Of a stretch of 64,000 nucleotides of DNA, positions 48,347 to 58,291 are shown in pieces. Origin of the DNA: Candidatus Gottesmanbacteria bacterium UBA6580 (GTDB taxonomy: Bacteria; Patescibacteriota; Microgenomatia; UBA10105; UBA927); NCBI GenBank assembly GCA_002433895.1, contig DJJA01000003.1, positions 376,881 through 440,880 of the forward strand, in the 5' to 3' direction. A program made the position numbers and the translations under genes. The notes under the pieces were generated by a model. That model was given only the letters and a program-made list of their open reading frames with translations, searched no databases and was not told the origin of the DNA. Positions within the stretch are counted from its first letter, which is position 1, and the number at the start of each line of letters is the position of its first letter.

Positions 48347-49843
48347 TTGTGGTACACTCCACATACTGATTTATCACATGTACTGATGCATTTTTCTCGC
48401 ACCATAATCCGGAATATTTCTCCTCTATTCTTCCTGTGGGTTCTCATTATTATTTTTTCCGTCTATTTTTCATTTGTTGCGTTCAACCGGCATGACAATT
48501 TCCATTCGAGAAGGTTAGACATGGGTAACATGGAGCAAACCGTATGGAACCTGACGCATGGGAATGGATTTACCCTCACCGATCCTATGGGGACAGAAAA
48601 TATTTCGAGGCTTGCGGTGCATGCCGATTTCCTCCTTGTGGGTATGGTGCCGTTTTATATGCTATGGCAGGACGCAAAAATGCTCATCCTCGTGCAAACT
48701 ATCGTTGTCTGCCTTGGGGCGTTACCTCTCTATTGGATAGCGAAATACATCCTACAGTCAGCTTGGCTTGCGTTATTGTTTGCGCTTGCGTATTTATTAT
48801 ATCCACCGCTTCAGCACATCATGCTTCATGATTTCCACGCAGTCGCACTCGCGACGACCTTTTTGCTTTTCGCGTATTGGTTTATGCTGGGCAAGCGTTA
48901 TGTCTTGTTTGTATTGTTTGCATTACTTGCTGGTTTCGGAAAAGAAACAGTATGGATTACCGTGGGACTTATGGGGTTGTATATCGCTATTTGGCAGAGG
49001 AAAAAAGTTCTTGGTGGGGGAGTTGCTATCGCCGCGTTTTTTATATTTTATTATCTTTTCTGGCACGCGATCCCTGCCGTGACACCTAACGGACAGCATT
49101 TCGCGTTGCAGTATCTTTCAGAATACGGTGACAATACGACAAGTGTCGTATGGAATGTACTCCGCAATCCCGGATCGGTACTCTTCACATTTATTCAACC
49201 CGATAGGCTTGAGTATTATTACCGGTTGCTCCTGCCGGTGGGATTTTTACCGTTATTTTCGCCGTTTGTCCTTGTATTTGCGGCGCATAGCTTGGTGATA
49301 AATACTCTCAGTAGTTACAGTCTGATGCGCCAAATTGATTATCAATACACAAGCGATATCATCCCGTTTCTTTTTATCAGCGCCGTGTACGGTTACCAAA
49401 AAGTAGTTTTGCTTGTTCTACAATATGGAAGAACAAATCAACCGGTGCGGTTTTATATCACGGGGGTTATGGTTTTGTGTATGGCACTGAGTTCGTTCTT
49501 ATGGGGGGAGCTGCCCCTCACCCGTGAGGACAGATTTTATTACTTTATCTGGCCGTTACCTGAAAAAAATACATTGCGCCGAATGGAAGATATGATGTTG
49601 CCGGAGTATACTGTATCGGCAACAAACGATATCGGGTCACATTTCGCGAAACGGATGTACTTGTATAATTTTCCGGTAAACGCGATGACCGCGGATTACG
49701 CATTGGTGCGGCTTGGCGATCAATATGCTTGGCCGAGCGGTGATGAGCAGCAGCGGGTGGTGATGCAGTTACTTCAAAGTCCTGATCACGCCCTGATCGC
49801 GCGGGACGGTAATTTTTATGCCTTTGAAAGGAAAAATAAATGA
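48347..49843 (+). CDS. DUF2079 family polytopic membrane protein (putative glycosyltransferase-like)
   Basis: NRHDNFHSRRLDMGNMEQTVWN N-terminal signature, at least 10 TM helices. Confidence 0.65.
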   Translation: MWYTPHTDLSHVLMHFSRTIIRNISPLFFLWVLIIIFSVYFSFVAFNRHDNFHSRRLDMGNMEQTVWNLTHGNGFTLTDPMGTENISRLAVHADFLLVGMVPFYMLWQDAKMLILVQTIVVCLGALPLYWIAKYILQSAWLALLFALAYLLYPPLQHIMLHDFHAVALATTFLLFAYWFMLGKRYVLFVLFALLAGFGKETVWITVGLMGLYIAIWQRKKVLGGGVAIAAFFIFYYLFWHAIPAVTPNGQHFALQYLSEYGDNTTSVVWNVLRNPGSVLFTFIQPDRLEYYYRLLLPVGFLPLFSPFVLVFAAHSLVINTLSSYSLMRQIDYQYTSDIIPFLFISAVYGYQKVVLLVLQYGRTNQPVRFYITGVMVLCMALSSFLWGELPLTREDRFYYFIWPLPEKNTLRRMEDMMLPEYTVSATNDIGSHFAKRMYLYNFPVNAMTADYALVRLGDQYAWPSGDEQQRVVMQLLQSPDHALIARDGNFYAFERKNK

Positions 49844-50766
49844 AGAAAATTGACGTAAGTATCGTCGTGCCGCTTTTTAATGAGAAAGAAAGTTTGGGCG
49901 AATTAGTTGCCGCGATCACCCGTGCGTTCCGGGGGTTTGTATTTGAGTGCGTTTTTGTGGATGACGGAAGTACTGACGGATCGTTTCAAAAATTGGCTGC
50001 CATGCGTAAAAAAATGGATTTCCCGGTGACGCTTGTCAGGCTCAGGAAGCGTTCGGGAAAGTCTGCCGCATTATCCGAAGGGTTTGTTCACACAAAGGGA
50101 AGCGTTGTTGTCACGCTGGATGCTGATTTACAGGATGACCCATTTGAAGCGACAAAGCTTATCAAAAAACTAGATGAGGGTTATGATCTGGTCGTAGGGT
50201 GGCGGCAGAAACGGAGGGATTCAGGCGGTAAACTGGGAGTTTCTCACGTGTTTAATTGGGGTGTGTCTATGGCATCGGGCGTCCGGTTGCACGATATGAA
50301 TTCCGGACTGAAAGCGATGAAGTCAGGCGTCGCGAAAGAAATAAATCTGTATGGGGAATTGCACCGTTTCGTGCCAGTCCTCGCCCACGCGAGGGGATTC
50401 CGGGTAGGGGAAACGCCCATTGTTCATTACCCGCGTAAGTACGGTACATCAAAATTTGGTGTTGAGCGGATTTTCGCGGCATTTGACTTGCTTACAACAT
50501 TATTTTTAGCAGGATTTGGTACCCGGCCGCTTATGGTATTCGGCCCGCCGGGCGTCGTACTCGTCGCCGCAGGAACACTTGCTATCGGCTATTTGTCTGT
50601 CCTCCATTTTATGGGGCAATCCATTGGTACCCGGCCGTTGCTGCTGTTCGGTGTGCTATTTGTATTGTTTGGCGTACAACTATTGTCGACTGGGTTGTTG
50701 GGCGAACTTATTACTAGTATTTCAACCCACCAACGGCGGTCACCTGTTTCGGAAATACTTACATGA
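49840..50766 (+). CDS. GT2 polyprenyl-phosphate glycosyltransferase (ArnC/GtrB-like) with C-terminal TM helices
   Basis: VDDGSTDGS, DADLQDDP DxD motifs; two C-terminal TMs. Confidence 0.85.
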   Translation: MKKIDVSIVVPLFNEKESLGELVAAITRAFRGFVFECVFVDDGSTDGSFQKLAAMRKKMDFPVTLVRLRKRSGKSAALSEGFVHTKGSVVVTLDADLQDDPFEATKLIKKLDEGYDLVVGWRQKRRDSGGKLGVSHVFNWGVSMASGVRLHDMNSGLKAMKSGVAKEINLYGELHRFVPVLAHARGFRVGETPIVHYPRKYGTSKFGVERIFAAFDLLTTLFLAGFGTRPLMVFGPPGVVLVAAGTLAIGYLSVLHFMGQSIGTRPLLLFGVLFVLFGVQLLSTGLLGELITSISTHQRRSPVSEILT

Positions 50767-51035
50767 ATATAACCATTGACGCTTGGGTACTATTCGGATT
50801 TTTGGCGCAGTTTGTTTTTTTTCTGCGGTTTGCTGTGCAGTGGTGGGCATCGGAAAAGGAAAAAAAGAGCGTTATACCACTGTCTTTTTGGTACCTCAGT
50901 ATCGCCGGCTCGGTGATGATACTGATATACGCCATCAAGCGGGAAGATATTGTCTTTATTACTGCGCAGTTTCTCGCTCTGTTTATATATGCCCGTAATA
51001 TCGTACTCCGCAAAAAAGAAACAGTAGCGCCCTAA
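50763..51035 (+). CDS. Lipid-A-disaccharide synthase N-terminal (LAB_N) domain membrane protein
   Basis: WVLFGFLAQFVFFLRFAVQWWASEKEKKSVIPLSFWYLSIAGS 3-TM LAB_N signature; typical partner of GtrB-like GT2. Confidence 0.7.
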   Translation: MNITIDAWVLFGFLAQFVFFLRFAVQWWASEKEKKSVIPLSFWYLSIAGSVMILIYAIKREDIVFITAQFLALFIYARNIVLRKKETVAP

Positions 51036-51091
51036 CGACAACATCAGCCTCTGTTTAGGAGGCTGATGGCAATGGTCTATGTATCAATTGA

Positions 51092-51544
51092 TTACTCCAC
51101 AATAAGCATGCCCTTCATGCCCATTTCTCTGTGTTTGCCTACCGAGCAATAGTATTCATAGGTTCCGGCTTTGTCCGGGGTAAATTCGATGATGTCTTCT
51201 TTTCCGCCTTCAATTACTTTGGTCCGTACGTCGAGTTCATCAACAACCCAATCGTGTGGCATCTTGCCGGTGTTTTTGAATACTAATCGTACTGGTTGCC
51301 CTGATGTAAAGGTAAGTGCGTTTAAAGAAAATTTAAATTCACTTCCTTCTATGGTGATTTCCCGGACACCGTCAGCAGTGACATTTTCGGATGAACCCTG
51401 TAAGTCAGATACAGGTGCGGGAGTGCTCGCGGCCGTTGTTTGTTCCGCGTCATTTGCGGTTGGTTGACCGGATTGATTTACATACCATATCGCCCCTGCC
51501 CCGAGCGCGAGCAGTACTAACACTATCAGGATATTATTTTTCAT
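51092..51544 (-). CDS. Cupredoxin (plastocyanin/azurin-like type-1 copper protein), exported
   Basis: Signal/TM anchor; copper ligands H...YEYYCSVGKHREMGMKGML. Confidence 0.75.
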   Translation of the reverse strand: MKNNILIVLVLLALGAGAIWYVNQSGQPTANDAEQTTAASTPAPVSDLQGSSENVTADGVREITIEGSEFKFSLNALTFTSGQPVRLVFKNTGKMPHDWVVDELDVRTKVIEGGKEDIIEFTPDKAGTYEYYCSVGKHREMGMKGMLIVE

Positions 51545-51615
51545 TCATGAACTCCTTTCCTGTAATGTATCGTACAGGATAACACGAATACTGGCTAGTG
51601 TTTATTTTTCCGGGG

Positions 51616-51993
51616 TTATTTAGTACCGAAAAATTGGAGAATATTTCCCTCGGGATCCGCGATTGTCATACACCATGTGGCTCCTGTCGGCGCGAGAAAC
51701 GGTTTGGCTATCCAGGTGACATCTTTGTCTTTTAGTTCTTCATACGCAGCAGATACACTGCTTACTGGAAAGCCGATCATGATGCGGTAGGGATCCTGGT
51801 TTTTTCCGTGCACTTTGTCGTGCCTACCGATAGAAAAATACGTATCACCAAAATCAAATCCGATACACGAATCATCAGGATGTGTCGTTACTTCTCGGAC
51901 GGTAAAACCCAATACGTCTTCATACCATTTGGCTAGCTTTTCGTGATTTTCCGACCAAATGATGACAGAAAGCATTTTTGCCCGTAGTTTCAT
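51616..51993 (-). CDS. VOC (glyoxalase/bleomycin-resistance) family protein
   Basis: Paired beta-alpha-beta-beta-beta modules; start set at MKLRAK. Confidence 0.65.
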   Translation of the reverse strand: MKLRAKMLSVIIWSENHEKLAKWYEDVLGFTVREVTTHPDDSCIGFDFGDTYFSIGRHDKVHGKNQDPYRIMIGFPVSSVSAAYEELKDKDVTWIAKPFLAPTGATWCMTIADPEGNILQFFGTK

Positions 51994-52079
51994 AGATGTG
52001 CTTCTATAGTAACCGGAAATCAAAAATAGTCAATCTGTCGCGTTTGCTACACATGATATGATAAGAAAGGAGGAACAAT

Positions 52080-52289
52080 ATGATGAAAATGAAAATGTCT
52101 GAACTTGAGTGGGCGGCGTGGATACTGACGGTTATCGGCGCGCTTAACTGGGGGCTTATTGGCGCGTTTCAGTTTGACCTCGTACAAATAATTTTTAGTA
52201 CCAATCCATGGCTTATGCGGGTAACCTATAGCCTCATCGGCATTGCCGGGGCGTATTGGCTGGTAAAGGTGCTCACCATAAAGAAGTGA
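52080..52289 (+). CDS. DUF378 small membrane protein
   Basis: SD AAAGGAGG; IGALNWGLIGAFQFDLV signature. Confidence 0.6.
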   Translation: MMKMKMSELEWAAWILTVIGALNWGLIGAFQFDLVQIIFSTNPWLMRVTYSLIGIAGAYWLVKVLTIKK

Positions 52290-52326
52290 GTTTTTCTTTT
52301 TTGTAAAATAGGTTACTATACGTTCC

Positions 52327-53100
52327 ATGAAGAAGCTTCTCGGGATATTCGCACATCCGGACGATGAATCCTATATGGCTGGCGGCACTATTGCCAAATA
52401 CGTGAAGGCTGGTTGGCAGGTCGACCTCGTTTGCGCGACCCGCGGAGAAAAGGGAACCAGAGGTGAATACACCGACGCAGATGACGTGCAGTTTGGTGTC
52501 ATCCGGCAAAAAGAACTGGAAGCAGCAGCTTCCATACTCGGTGTCCGGTCAACGACATTTTTAGATTATAAAGACGGCGGACTTAGCGCGATGCCCCCTG
52601 GTGAAATAGAAGAAAAAATTACCCGCTTTCTGATGGAACACGTTCCGGATGTCGTGCTTACTTTTGAGCCGGCGGGGATAACCAATCATCCGGATCATAT
52701 AAAGCTGACGCTCGCGACGACGTTTGCGTTTCAGAAATACGCGTGGGAGAGAAAATCGCTCAACCCCGCAGACGACAACCCGCCGAAACTGTATTTCGGA
52801 TGTATGCCGGAAAGCATCGTTTCTTATTTTGTGAAAAAAAAGTTTATTCCCGAAGAATCGTTTGATAAGCCTATGACTGGGGTTGAAGACAAACGCATTA
52901 CTACCGTTATTGATATTAGCCGGGTAAAGACCACAAAAATAAATGCGCTTAAATCACACGTGAGCCAGGCAGGTGAAATTGAGCAGCATTTGAGTATTCC
53001 CAATAATCCGTTTTTGAAACAGGAGCACTTTATCCTCCGTTTCAGTGGAGTCACCGAAGTGTTTATGGGGAAGTATGATCGCATTGCTGACCGACTATGA
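52327..53100 (+). CDS. PIG-L/LmbE family N-acetylglucosaminyl deacetylase
   Basis: AHPDDE zinc-binding motif, HPDH. Confidence 0.8.
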   Translation: MKKLLGIFAHPDDESYMAGGTIAKYVKAGWQVDLVCATRGEKGTRGEYTDADDVQFGVIRQKELEAAASILGVRSTTFLDYKDGGLSAMPPGEIEEKITRFLMEHVPDVVLTFEPAGITNHPDHIKLTLATTFAFQKYAWERKSLNPADDNPPKLYFGCMPESIVSYFVKKKFIPEESFDKPMTGVEDKRITTVIDISRVKTTKINALKSHVSQAGEIEQHLSIPNNPFLKQEHFILRFSGVTEVFMGKYDRIADRL

Positions 53101-53903
53101 AACTCGTTATTTCAAATTTGCACGCAAGCGTTGAAGGGAAAGAAATATTGCATGGGGTATCCATGACGGTGAAAGCCGGCGAGGTGCACGCGATTATGGG
53201 GCCTAACGGCAGCGGTAAATCAACACTCGCCTCTGTCCTCCTGGGACACCCGGCATACGAAACAACACTCAAGGGCAAAAAAAAGTCCGCAATCACGCTG
53301 GATGGGAAAAACATACTTCCCATGCCGCCTGAAAAACGTTCGCTTGCGGGATTATTTTTGGCGTTTCAGTCACCTATCGCAATTCCCGGAGTTACCGTGA
53401 TGAATTTGCTCCGCACGGCGTATGAAGCACACCTTCCGCAAAAGAATATCAAAACATCCACGGTGCAAAACCCTGCCCTCGCGCGGCGGTTTCAGGTGGG
53501 GGGTATGTCGATAGGTGAATTTACGGATATGGTACAGAAACATGCGAAAACGCTGCGTTTACCCGAGGAGTTATTGCGAAGAGGAATACATGAGGGATTT
53601 TCCGGTGGAGAAAAGAAAAAAATAGAAATGCTCCAGGCGCTCGTACTTCCGCGAAAAGCAGCAATTTTTGATGAAATAGATACCGGCTTGGATGTGGACG
53701 CGTTGCGCGCGGTATCAAAGGGGATTGAGGTGCTACGGGCAAGCGGTGTGGGTGTGCTCATTATTACTCATTACCAGCGGATACTCCGGTACGCCAAACC
53801 GGATTACGTCCATGTGTTGGTGGCGGGTAAGCTAGTAGACCGTGGGGACGCGGGATTAGCAAAAAAGATCGAGCAACACGGATACAGCGCGTATATAAAG
53901 TAA
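53097..53903 (+). CDS. sufC: Fe-S cluster assembly ATPase SufC
   Basis: Walker A GPNGSGKST, signature FSGGEKKK, Walker B IFDEIDTGLD, H-loop. Confidence 0.9.
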   Translation: MKLVISNLHASVEGKEILHGVSMTVKAGEVHAIMGPNGSGKSTLASVLLGHPAYETTLKGKKKSAITLDGKNILPMPPEKRSLAGLFLAFQSPIAIPGVTVMNLLRTAYEAHLPQKNIKTSTVQNPALARRFQVGGMSIGEFTDMVQKHAKTLRLPEELLRRGIHEGFSGGEKKKIEMLQALVLPRKAAIFDEIDTGLDVDALRAVSKGIEVLRASGVGVLIITHYQRILRYAKPDYVHVLVAGKLVDRGDAGLAKKIEQHGYSAYIK

Positions 53904-53940
53904 CCAGATCACACGTTTCTTCTTAAAAGGATTAAAGCCT

Positions 53941-55338
53941 ATGGGACAACGATCACCGGTAAGCAGTAAGTACAAATACGGTTTTCATAAGCCGGAAAAC
54001 TACATGTTTAAGTCCCAAAAAGGACTCGACGAAGCGGTAGTTTTGGATATCAGTAACCAAAAAGGAGAGCCGCGGTGGATGCGTGAGCGGAGACTTATGG
54101 CGTACAAGATATTCGGCATGAAGCATATGCCGATGTGGGGTGCCGACCTTTCTACCATAGATTTCAACGACATTTTTTACTACATCAGGCCGACAGATAA
54201 AAAAGCGAATACCTGGGAGGATTTACCTCCGGAAATACGTGATACGTACGACCGGATCGGTATACCCGAAGCGGAAAAAAAGTTTTTGTCCGGGGTTTCT
54301 GCGCAGTACGAAAGTGAAGTGGTGTATAAAAGCATCCAAACGGCGTTGTCGAAAAAAGGAGTGATTTTCTTGGACATGGATTCGGCGCTCCGCGAGTATC
54401 CCGACCTGGTACGGCAATATTTCGGTACGGTTATTCCTTCGGGAGATAATAAATTTGCCGCGTTAAATACCTGTGTGTGGAGCGGCGGGTCGTTTGTATA
54501 TGTGCCTGCCGGAGTACATGTCGATTTGCCGTTACAAGCCTATTTCCGCATCAACGCCGCTAATATGGGGCAGTTTGAACGCACGCTTATTATCGCGGAA
54601 GAAGGAAGTTATGTGCATTATGTGGAAGGTTGTACGGCGCCTATTTATAGTACCGATTCGCTTCACTCCGCAGTGGTAGAAATTATCGTCAAAAAAGGCG
54701 CGCGGGTACGCTACACCACCATCCAAAACTGGAGTTCAAATGTTTATAATCTTGTAACCAAGCGCGCAAAGGTGGAAGAAGAAGGAACCATGGAGTGGGT
54801 AGATGGAAACTTGGGGAGCAAGATTACGATGAAATATCCGAGTGTATATCTCATGGGAAGAAAAGCGAGAGGTGAGGTGCTTTCTATCGCGTACGCCGGT
54901 GCCGGCCAGCACCAGGACGCCGGAGGGAAAGCGGTGCATTATGCGCCAGAGACGACGTCACAGATAATTTCGAAATCGATAAGCCGCGGCGGAGGACGCA
55001 CGTCATACCGGGGCTTAATAGAAGTATTTGCCGGAGCAAAGAATTGTAAATCAAAGGTTGTATGTGACGCGCTCATATTGGATGAAGCGTCACGGTCAGA
55101 TACGTATCCCACGATGAAAATAGGTGAGCCGCGGACGCAAATAGAGCACGAAGCAACGGTTTCCAAAATCGGCGACGAACAGCTTTTTTATCTGCAGAGC
55201 CGTGGCGTTACCAAGGAAATCGCCCAGTCGATGATTGTCAACGGATTTATTGAGCCGATTGTCAAGGAATTACCGCTTGAGTACGCGGTTGAAATGAACC
55301 GGCTCATACAGTTGCAGATGGAGGGGTCAGTCGGATGA
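53941..55338 (+). CDS. sufB: Fe-S cluster assembly protein SufB
   Basis: Full-length SufB with conserved C-terminal beta-helix region. Confidence 0.9.
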   Translation: MGQRSPVSSKYKYGFHKPENYMFKSQKGLDEAVVLDISNQKGEPRWMRERRLMAYKIFGMKHMPMWGADLSTIDFNDIFYYIRPTDKKANTWEDLPPEIRDTYDRIGIPEAEKKFLSGVSAQYESEVVYKSIQTALSKKGVIFLDMDSALREYPDLVRQYFGTVIPSGDNKFAALNTCVWSGGSFVYVPAGVHVDLPLQAYFRINAANMGQFERTLIIAEEGSYVHYVEGCTAPIYSTDSLHSAVVEIIVKKGARVRYTTIQNWSSNVYNLVTKRAKVEEEGTMEWVDGNLGSKITMKYPSVYLMGRKARGEVLSIAYAGAGQHQDAGGKAVHYAPETTSQIISKSISRGGGRTSYRGLIEVFAGAKNCKSKVVCDALILDEASRSDTYPTMKIGEPRTQIEHEATVSKIGDEQLFYLQSRGVTKEIAQSMIVNGFIEPIVKELPLEYAVEMNRLIQLQMEGSVG

Positions 55339-55964
55339 AATCAATCAAAAAAAATACGCTTATTATCCGCACTATCGAAAGCGGTACTATCCGTGAAGAT
55401 TACGCGGTGGCAGCTTCTGTACACCTGACATTGGTGTATTTTGTATCAGGGAGTGGTGGTGAGATTAACCTGACTCCACGTGTTCACCTGGTGGGTGATG
55501 GGTCATCTGCTACTGTGTTGGGGTTAGTGAAGGGAACAAAATCAGCAAGTATTCAGATACATACACTTCAGCACCATAAGGCTCCCAATACGACCAGTAA
55601 TTTGCTTATAAAAAGCGTGCTGTCAGATAAAAGTGAGTGTAAGTATGATGGCGGTATCCGGGTCGACGCCTCTGCGCAAAAAACAGATGCGTACCAGCGT
55701 AATGAAAATTTATTACTCGACGAACATACCAAGGCAGTGAGTTCTCCGGCGCTCGAGATTTTGGCAAATGACGTGCGGTGTACTCACGGTGCTGTGGTAA
55801 AAACCTTGGATGAGAATGAATTATGGTATTTATCTACCCGGGGTATTGATCGAGGGGTATCACGCAGTATGATAGCTGAAGGTTTTTTGTTGAGCGCATT
55901 TTCGCAGATAGCGGATGGTGACGAGCGGAGACAAGTTGAAGAACGTATGCCGTTTACGGTGTAA
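55335..55964 (+). CDS. sufD: Fe-S cluster assembly protein SufD, short form (209 aa)
   Basis: SufBD beta-helix core and C-terminal helices; lacks the N-terminal domain; ATGA overlap with sufB. Confidence 0.7.
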   Translation: MKSIKKNTLIIRTIESGTIREDYAVAASVHLTLVYFVSGSGGEINLTPRVHLVGDGSSATVLGLVKGTKSASIQIHTLQHHKAPNTTSNLLIKSVLSDKSECKYDGGIRVDASAQKTDAYQRNENLLLDEHTKAVSSPALEILANDVRCTHGAVVKTLDENELWYLSTRGIDRGVSRSMIAEGFLLSAFSQIADGDERRQVEERMPFTV

Positions 55965-55967
55965 TAT

Positions 55968-56288
55968 ATGTATATGGAAGAATATACTTTTGTAAGTTTG
56001 GTTACAGAGTTGCCGGCAGGAAGTATGAGAACATATTCGGTGCGGGGCAGGCAAATCGCGCTTGCCAACGTTGACGGAAATTTTTTTGCTGTTGATGATA
56101 TTTGTACACACGAGCATTGTTCACTGGGAAGTGACGGGGCGCTTGATGGAAATGTTGTTATTTGCGGGTGTCACGGAGCGCAGTACGATGTAATGACAGG
56201 TGAAGTGTTGGCTCCTCCGGCACCAAGAAGTGTTTCATCGTATGAGACAAAAGTAGAAGACGGTAAAGTGATGGTAAAAATACCATAA
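55968..56288 (+). CDS. Rieske [2Fe-2S] ferredoxin-like protein
   Basis: CTHEHC ... CGCHGAQYD Rieske ligands. Confidence 0.85.
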   Translation: MYMEEYTFVSLVTELPAGSMRTYSVRGRQIALANVDGNFFAVDDICTHEHCSLGSDGALDGNVVICGCHGAQYDVMTGEVLAPPAPRSVSSYETKVEDGKVMVKIP

Positions 56289-56290
56289 TT

Positions 56291-57520
56291 ATGTTTGACG
56301 CCAAAAAAATTCAAAAAGATTTTCCCCAGCTTACCCGGAAAATTAACGGCAAGCGCATTGTCTATTTGGACTCAACCGCCACATCGCTCAAGCCCCGGCC
56401 GGTGATTGATAAGGAAAACGAGTATTACACCCAATACACGGCAAACGTATTCCGGGGAATTTATACAACCAGTGAAGAAGCCACGGCAGCGTATGAAAAC
56501 GCCCGTGTGCTCACCGCTTCATTTATCGGTGCAGCAACACCCGAAGAAGTTGTATTTACCCGTAACACTTCTGAATCCATTAATCTTGCCGCGTATAGTT
56601 ATATGCTCAATTCTTTTCAGCCGGGTGACCGCGTGGTGACGACCATCATGGAGCATCACTCAAACTTTGTTCCCTGGCAGCAGCTGGGTAGGAAACGCGG
56701 AATAATGGTAGATATATGGGGTGTAACTCCGGATGGTCTGCTCGATATGGCAGCACTTGAAAAGTTGATAACACCCAAAACAAAATTGTTAGCAGTGACC
56801 GCCGCGTCAAATGTGCTTGGAACCATTACTCCGATAACAGAAATTGTTCGAGTAGTAAAACGCCTCAATCCACACTGTTTGGTGCTGGTGGACGCCGCGC
56901 AAGCAGTGCCGCATATGCCCGTCAATGTCCAAGAGTGGGATGCTGATTTTGTGGTGTTTTCCAGTCACAAAATGTTGGGACCTACGGGTATCGGTGTGTT
57001 ATGGGCGAAGCGGGAGTTGTTAGAAGAAATGACACCGTTTAATTATGGCGGCGATATGATTTCAGAAGTGCATGTAGACCGCACCGTGTTTAAAGCACCC
57101 CCGCACAAATTTGAAGCGGGTACGCCGCATATTGCAGGGGTTATCGGCTTTGGCAAGGCCGTGGAATATCTAAGCGCGCTTGGTATGGAAAATATACGGG
57201 CACATGAACGCGATTTGGTGAGTTACGCGATAAAGCAATTTCATGCTGTTGCGGGGTTGGAATTTTTAGGACCTAAAAATCCGGACATTAGGGGGGGAGT
57301 GTTTGCGTGTACACTCAAAAACGCGCATCCGCACGACATCGCGCAATTATTAAATGAAACGAACGTGTTTATCCGGGCCGGCAATCATTGCGCCATGCCG
57401 CTCCATGAACATTTTGGTGTCGTTTCTACCGCGAGGGCTTCATTTTATGTTTACACGACCCGTGAAGATATCGACGCGTTTATCGAGGGCATATTGCGTG
57501 TTCAAAAAACTTTTTCCTGA
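56291..57520 (+). CDS. sufS: Cysteine desulfurase SufS
   Basis: PLP-lysine SSHKMLGPTGIG, active-site Cys in GNHCA. Confidence 0.9.
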   Translation: MFDAKKIQKDFPQLTRKINGKRIVYLDSTATSLKPRPVIDKENEYYTQYTANVFRGIYTTSEEATAAYENARVLTASFIGAATPEEVVFTRNTSESINLAAYSYMLNSFQPGDRVVTTIMEHHSNFVPWQQLGRKRGIMVDIWGVTPDGLLDMAALEKLITPKTKLLAVTAASNVLGTITPITEIVRVVKRLNPHCLVLVDAAQAVPHMPVNVQEWDADFVVFSSHKMLGPTGIGVLWAKRELLEEMTPFNYGGDMISEVHVDRTVFKAPPHKFEAGTPHIAGVIGFGKAVEYLSALGMENIRAHERDLVSYAIKQFHAVAGLEFLGPKNPDIRGGVFACTLKNAHPHDIAQLLNETNVFIRAGNHCAMPLHEHFGVVSTARASFYVYTTREDIDAFIEGILRVQKTFS

Positions 57521-57891
57521 TGGATCTCTACCGCGAACAAATTCTTGACCATTATAAACACCCCAGAAATTTTGGCCATCTGGAGGGCGCGCATGTGATG
57601 AGCGAAGAAATAAACGTAAGCTGCGGCGATAAAATCGCGATAGAAATTCAGTTGAGTGATGACAAAGAACGTATTGCGGATATACGGTTTTCCGGAGAAG
57701 GGTGCGCGATAAACCAGGCGAGTGCGTCTATGCTTACTGAAGAAGTGAAGGGGATGACTATCCCACAGGTAATGAAGCTTGATCTTCCATATATAGAAAA
57801 GCTATTGGGAACAACGTTGACGCCATCACGGGTAAAATGCGCGTTGTTACCACTGGAGGCTATACAAAAAGCGGTGCAATCTGTAAGATAA
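57520..57891 (+). CDS. sufU: Fe-S cluster sulfur-transfer/scaffold protein SufU (IscU family)
   Basis: NifU-like fold with CGD, GEGC and C-terminal Cys ligands. Confidence 0.8.
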   Translation: MDLYREQILDHYKHPRNFGHLEGAHVMSEEINVSCGDKIAIEIQLSDDKERIADIRFSGEGCAINQASASMLTEEVKGMTIPQVMKLDLPYIEKLLGTTLTPSRVKCALLPLEAIQKAVQSVR

Positions 57892-57934
57892 CTCATGTTG
57901 TTTTTGCGGTTGGTGGGGTATATTTGATACATAT

Positions 57935-58189
57935 ATGGATCCACAAGACCCGAAAGTCATACGGAAAATACGAAACTGGACGATGCGGATAGACCGCGAT
58001 CTCTGCATAGGAGCAGCTACCTGTGTCGCGCTCGCTCCCAAAGCATGGGCGCTTGATGACGAAGCAAAAGCTATTATTTTAGATACCACAGAAGAAGAAA
58101 CCGATGAAGCGCTTATGGAGGCGGCAAAAGGGTGCCCCGTTATGGCGATATTTATTACCGACGAAAACGGGAAACAGCTTTACCCATAA
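57935..58189 (+). CDS. Single-cluster [3Fe-4S]/[4Fe-4S] ferredoxin
   Basis: DRDLCIGAATC ... GCPVMAI pattern; likely true start at Met 57983 (MRIDRDLCIGA). Confidence 0.65.
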   Translation: MDPQDPKVIRKIRNWTMRIDRDLCIGAATCVALAPKAWALDDEAKAIILDTTEEETDEALMEAAKGCPVMAIFITDENGKQLYP

Positions 58190-58291
58190 GCACGCACTTC
58201 TTACGTTTCCGGGGGAGTTTGCGTGATACTTCATATTATTTGCGACTACATTATATAGCGGGTTTTCGTTTGTTTGTGTTACCTTAGCATT

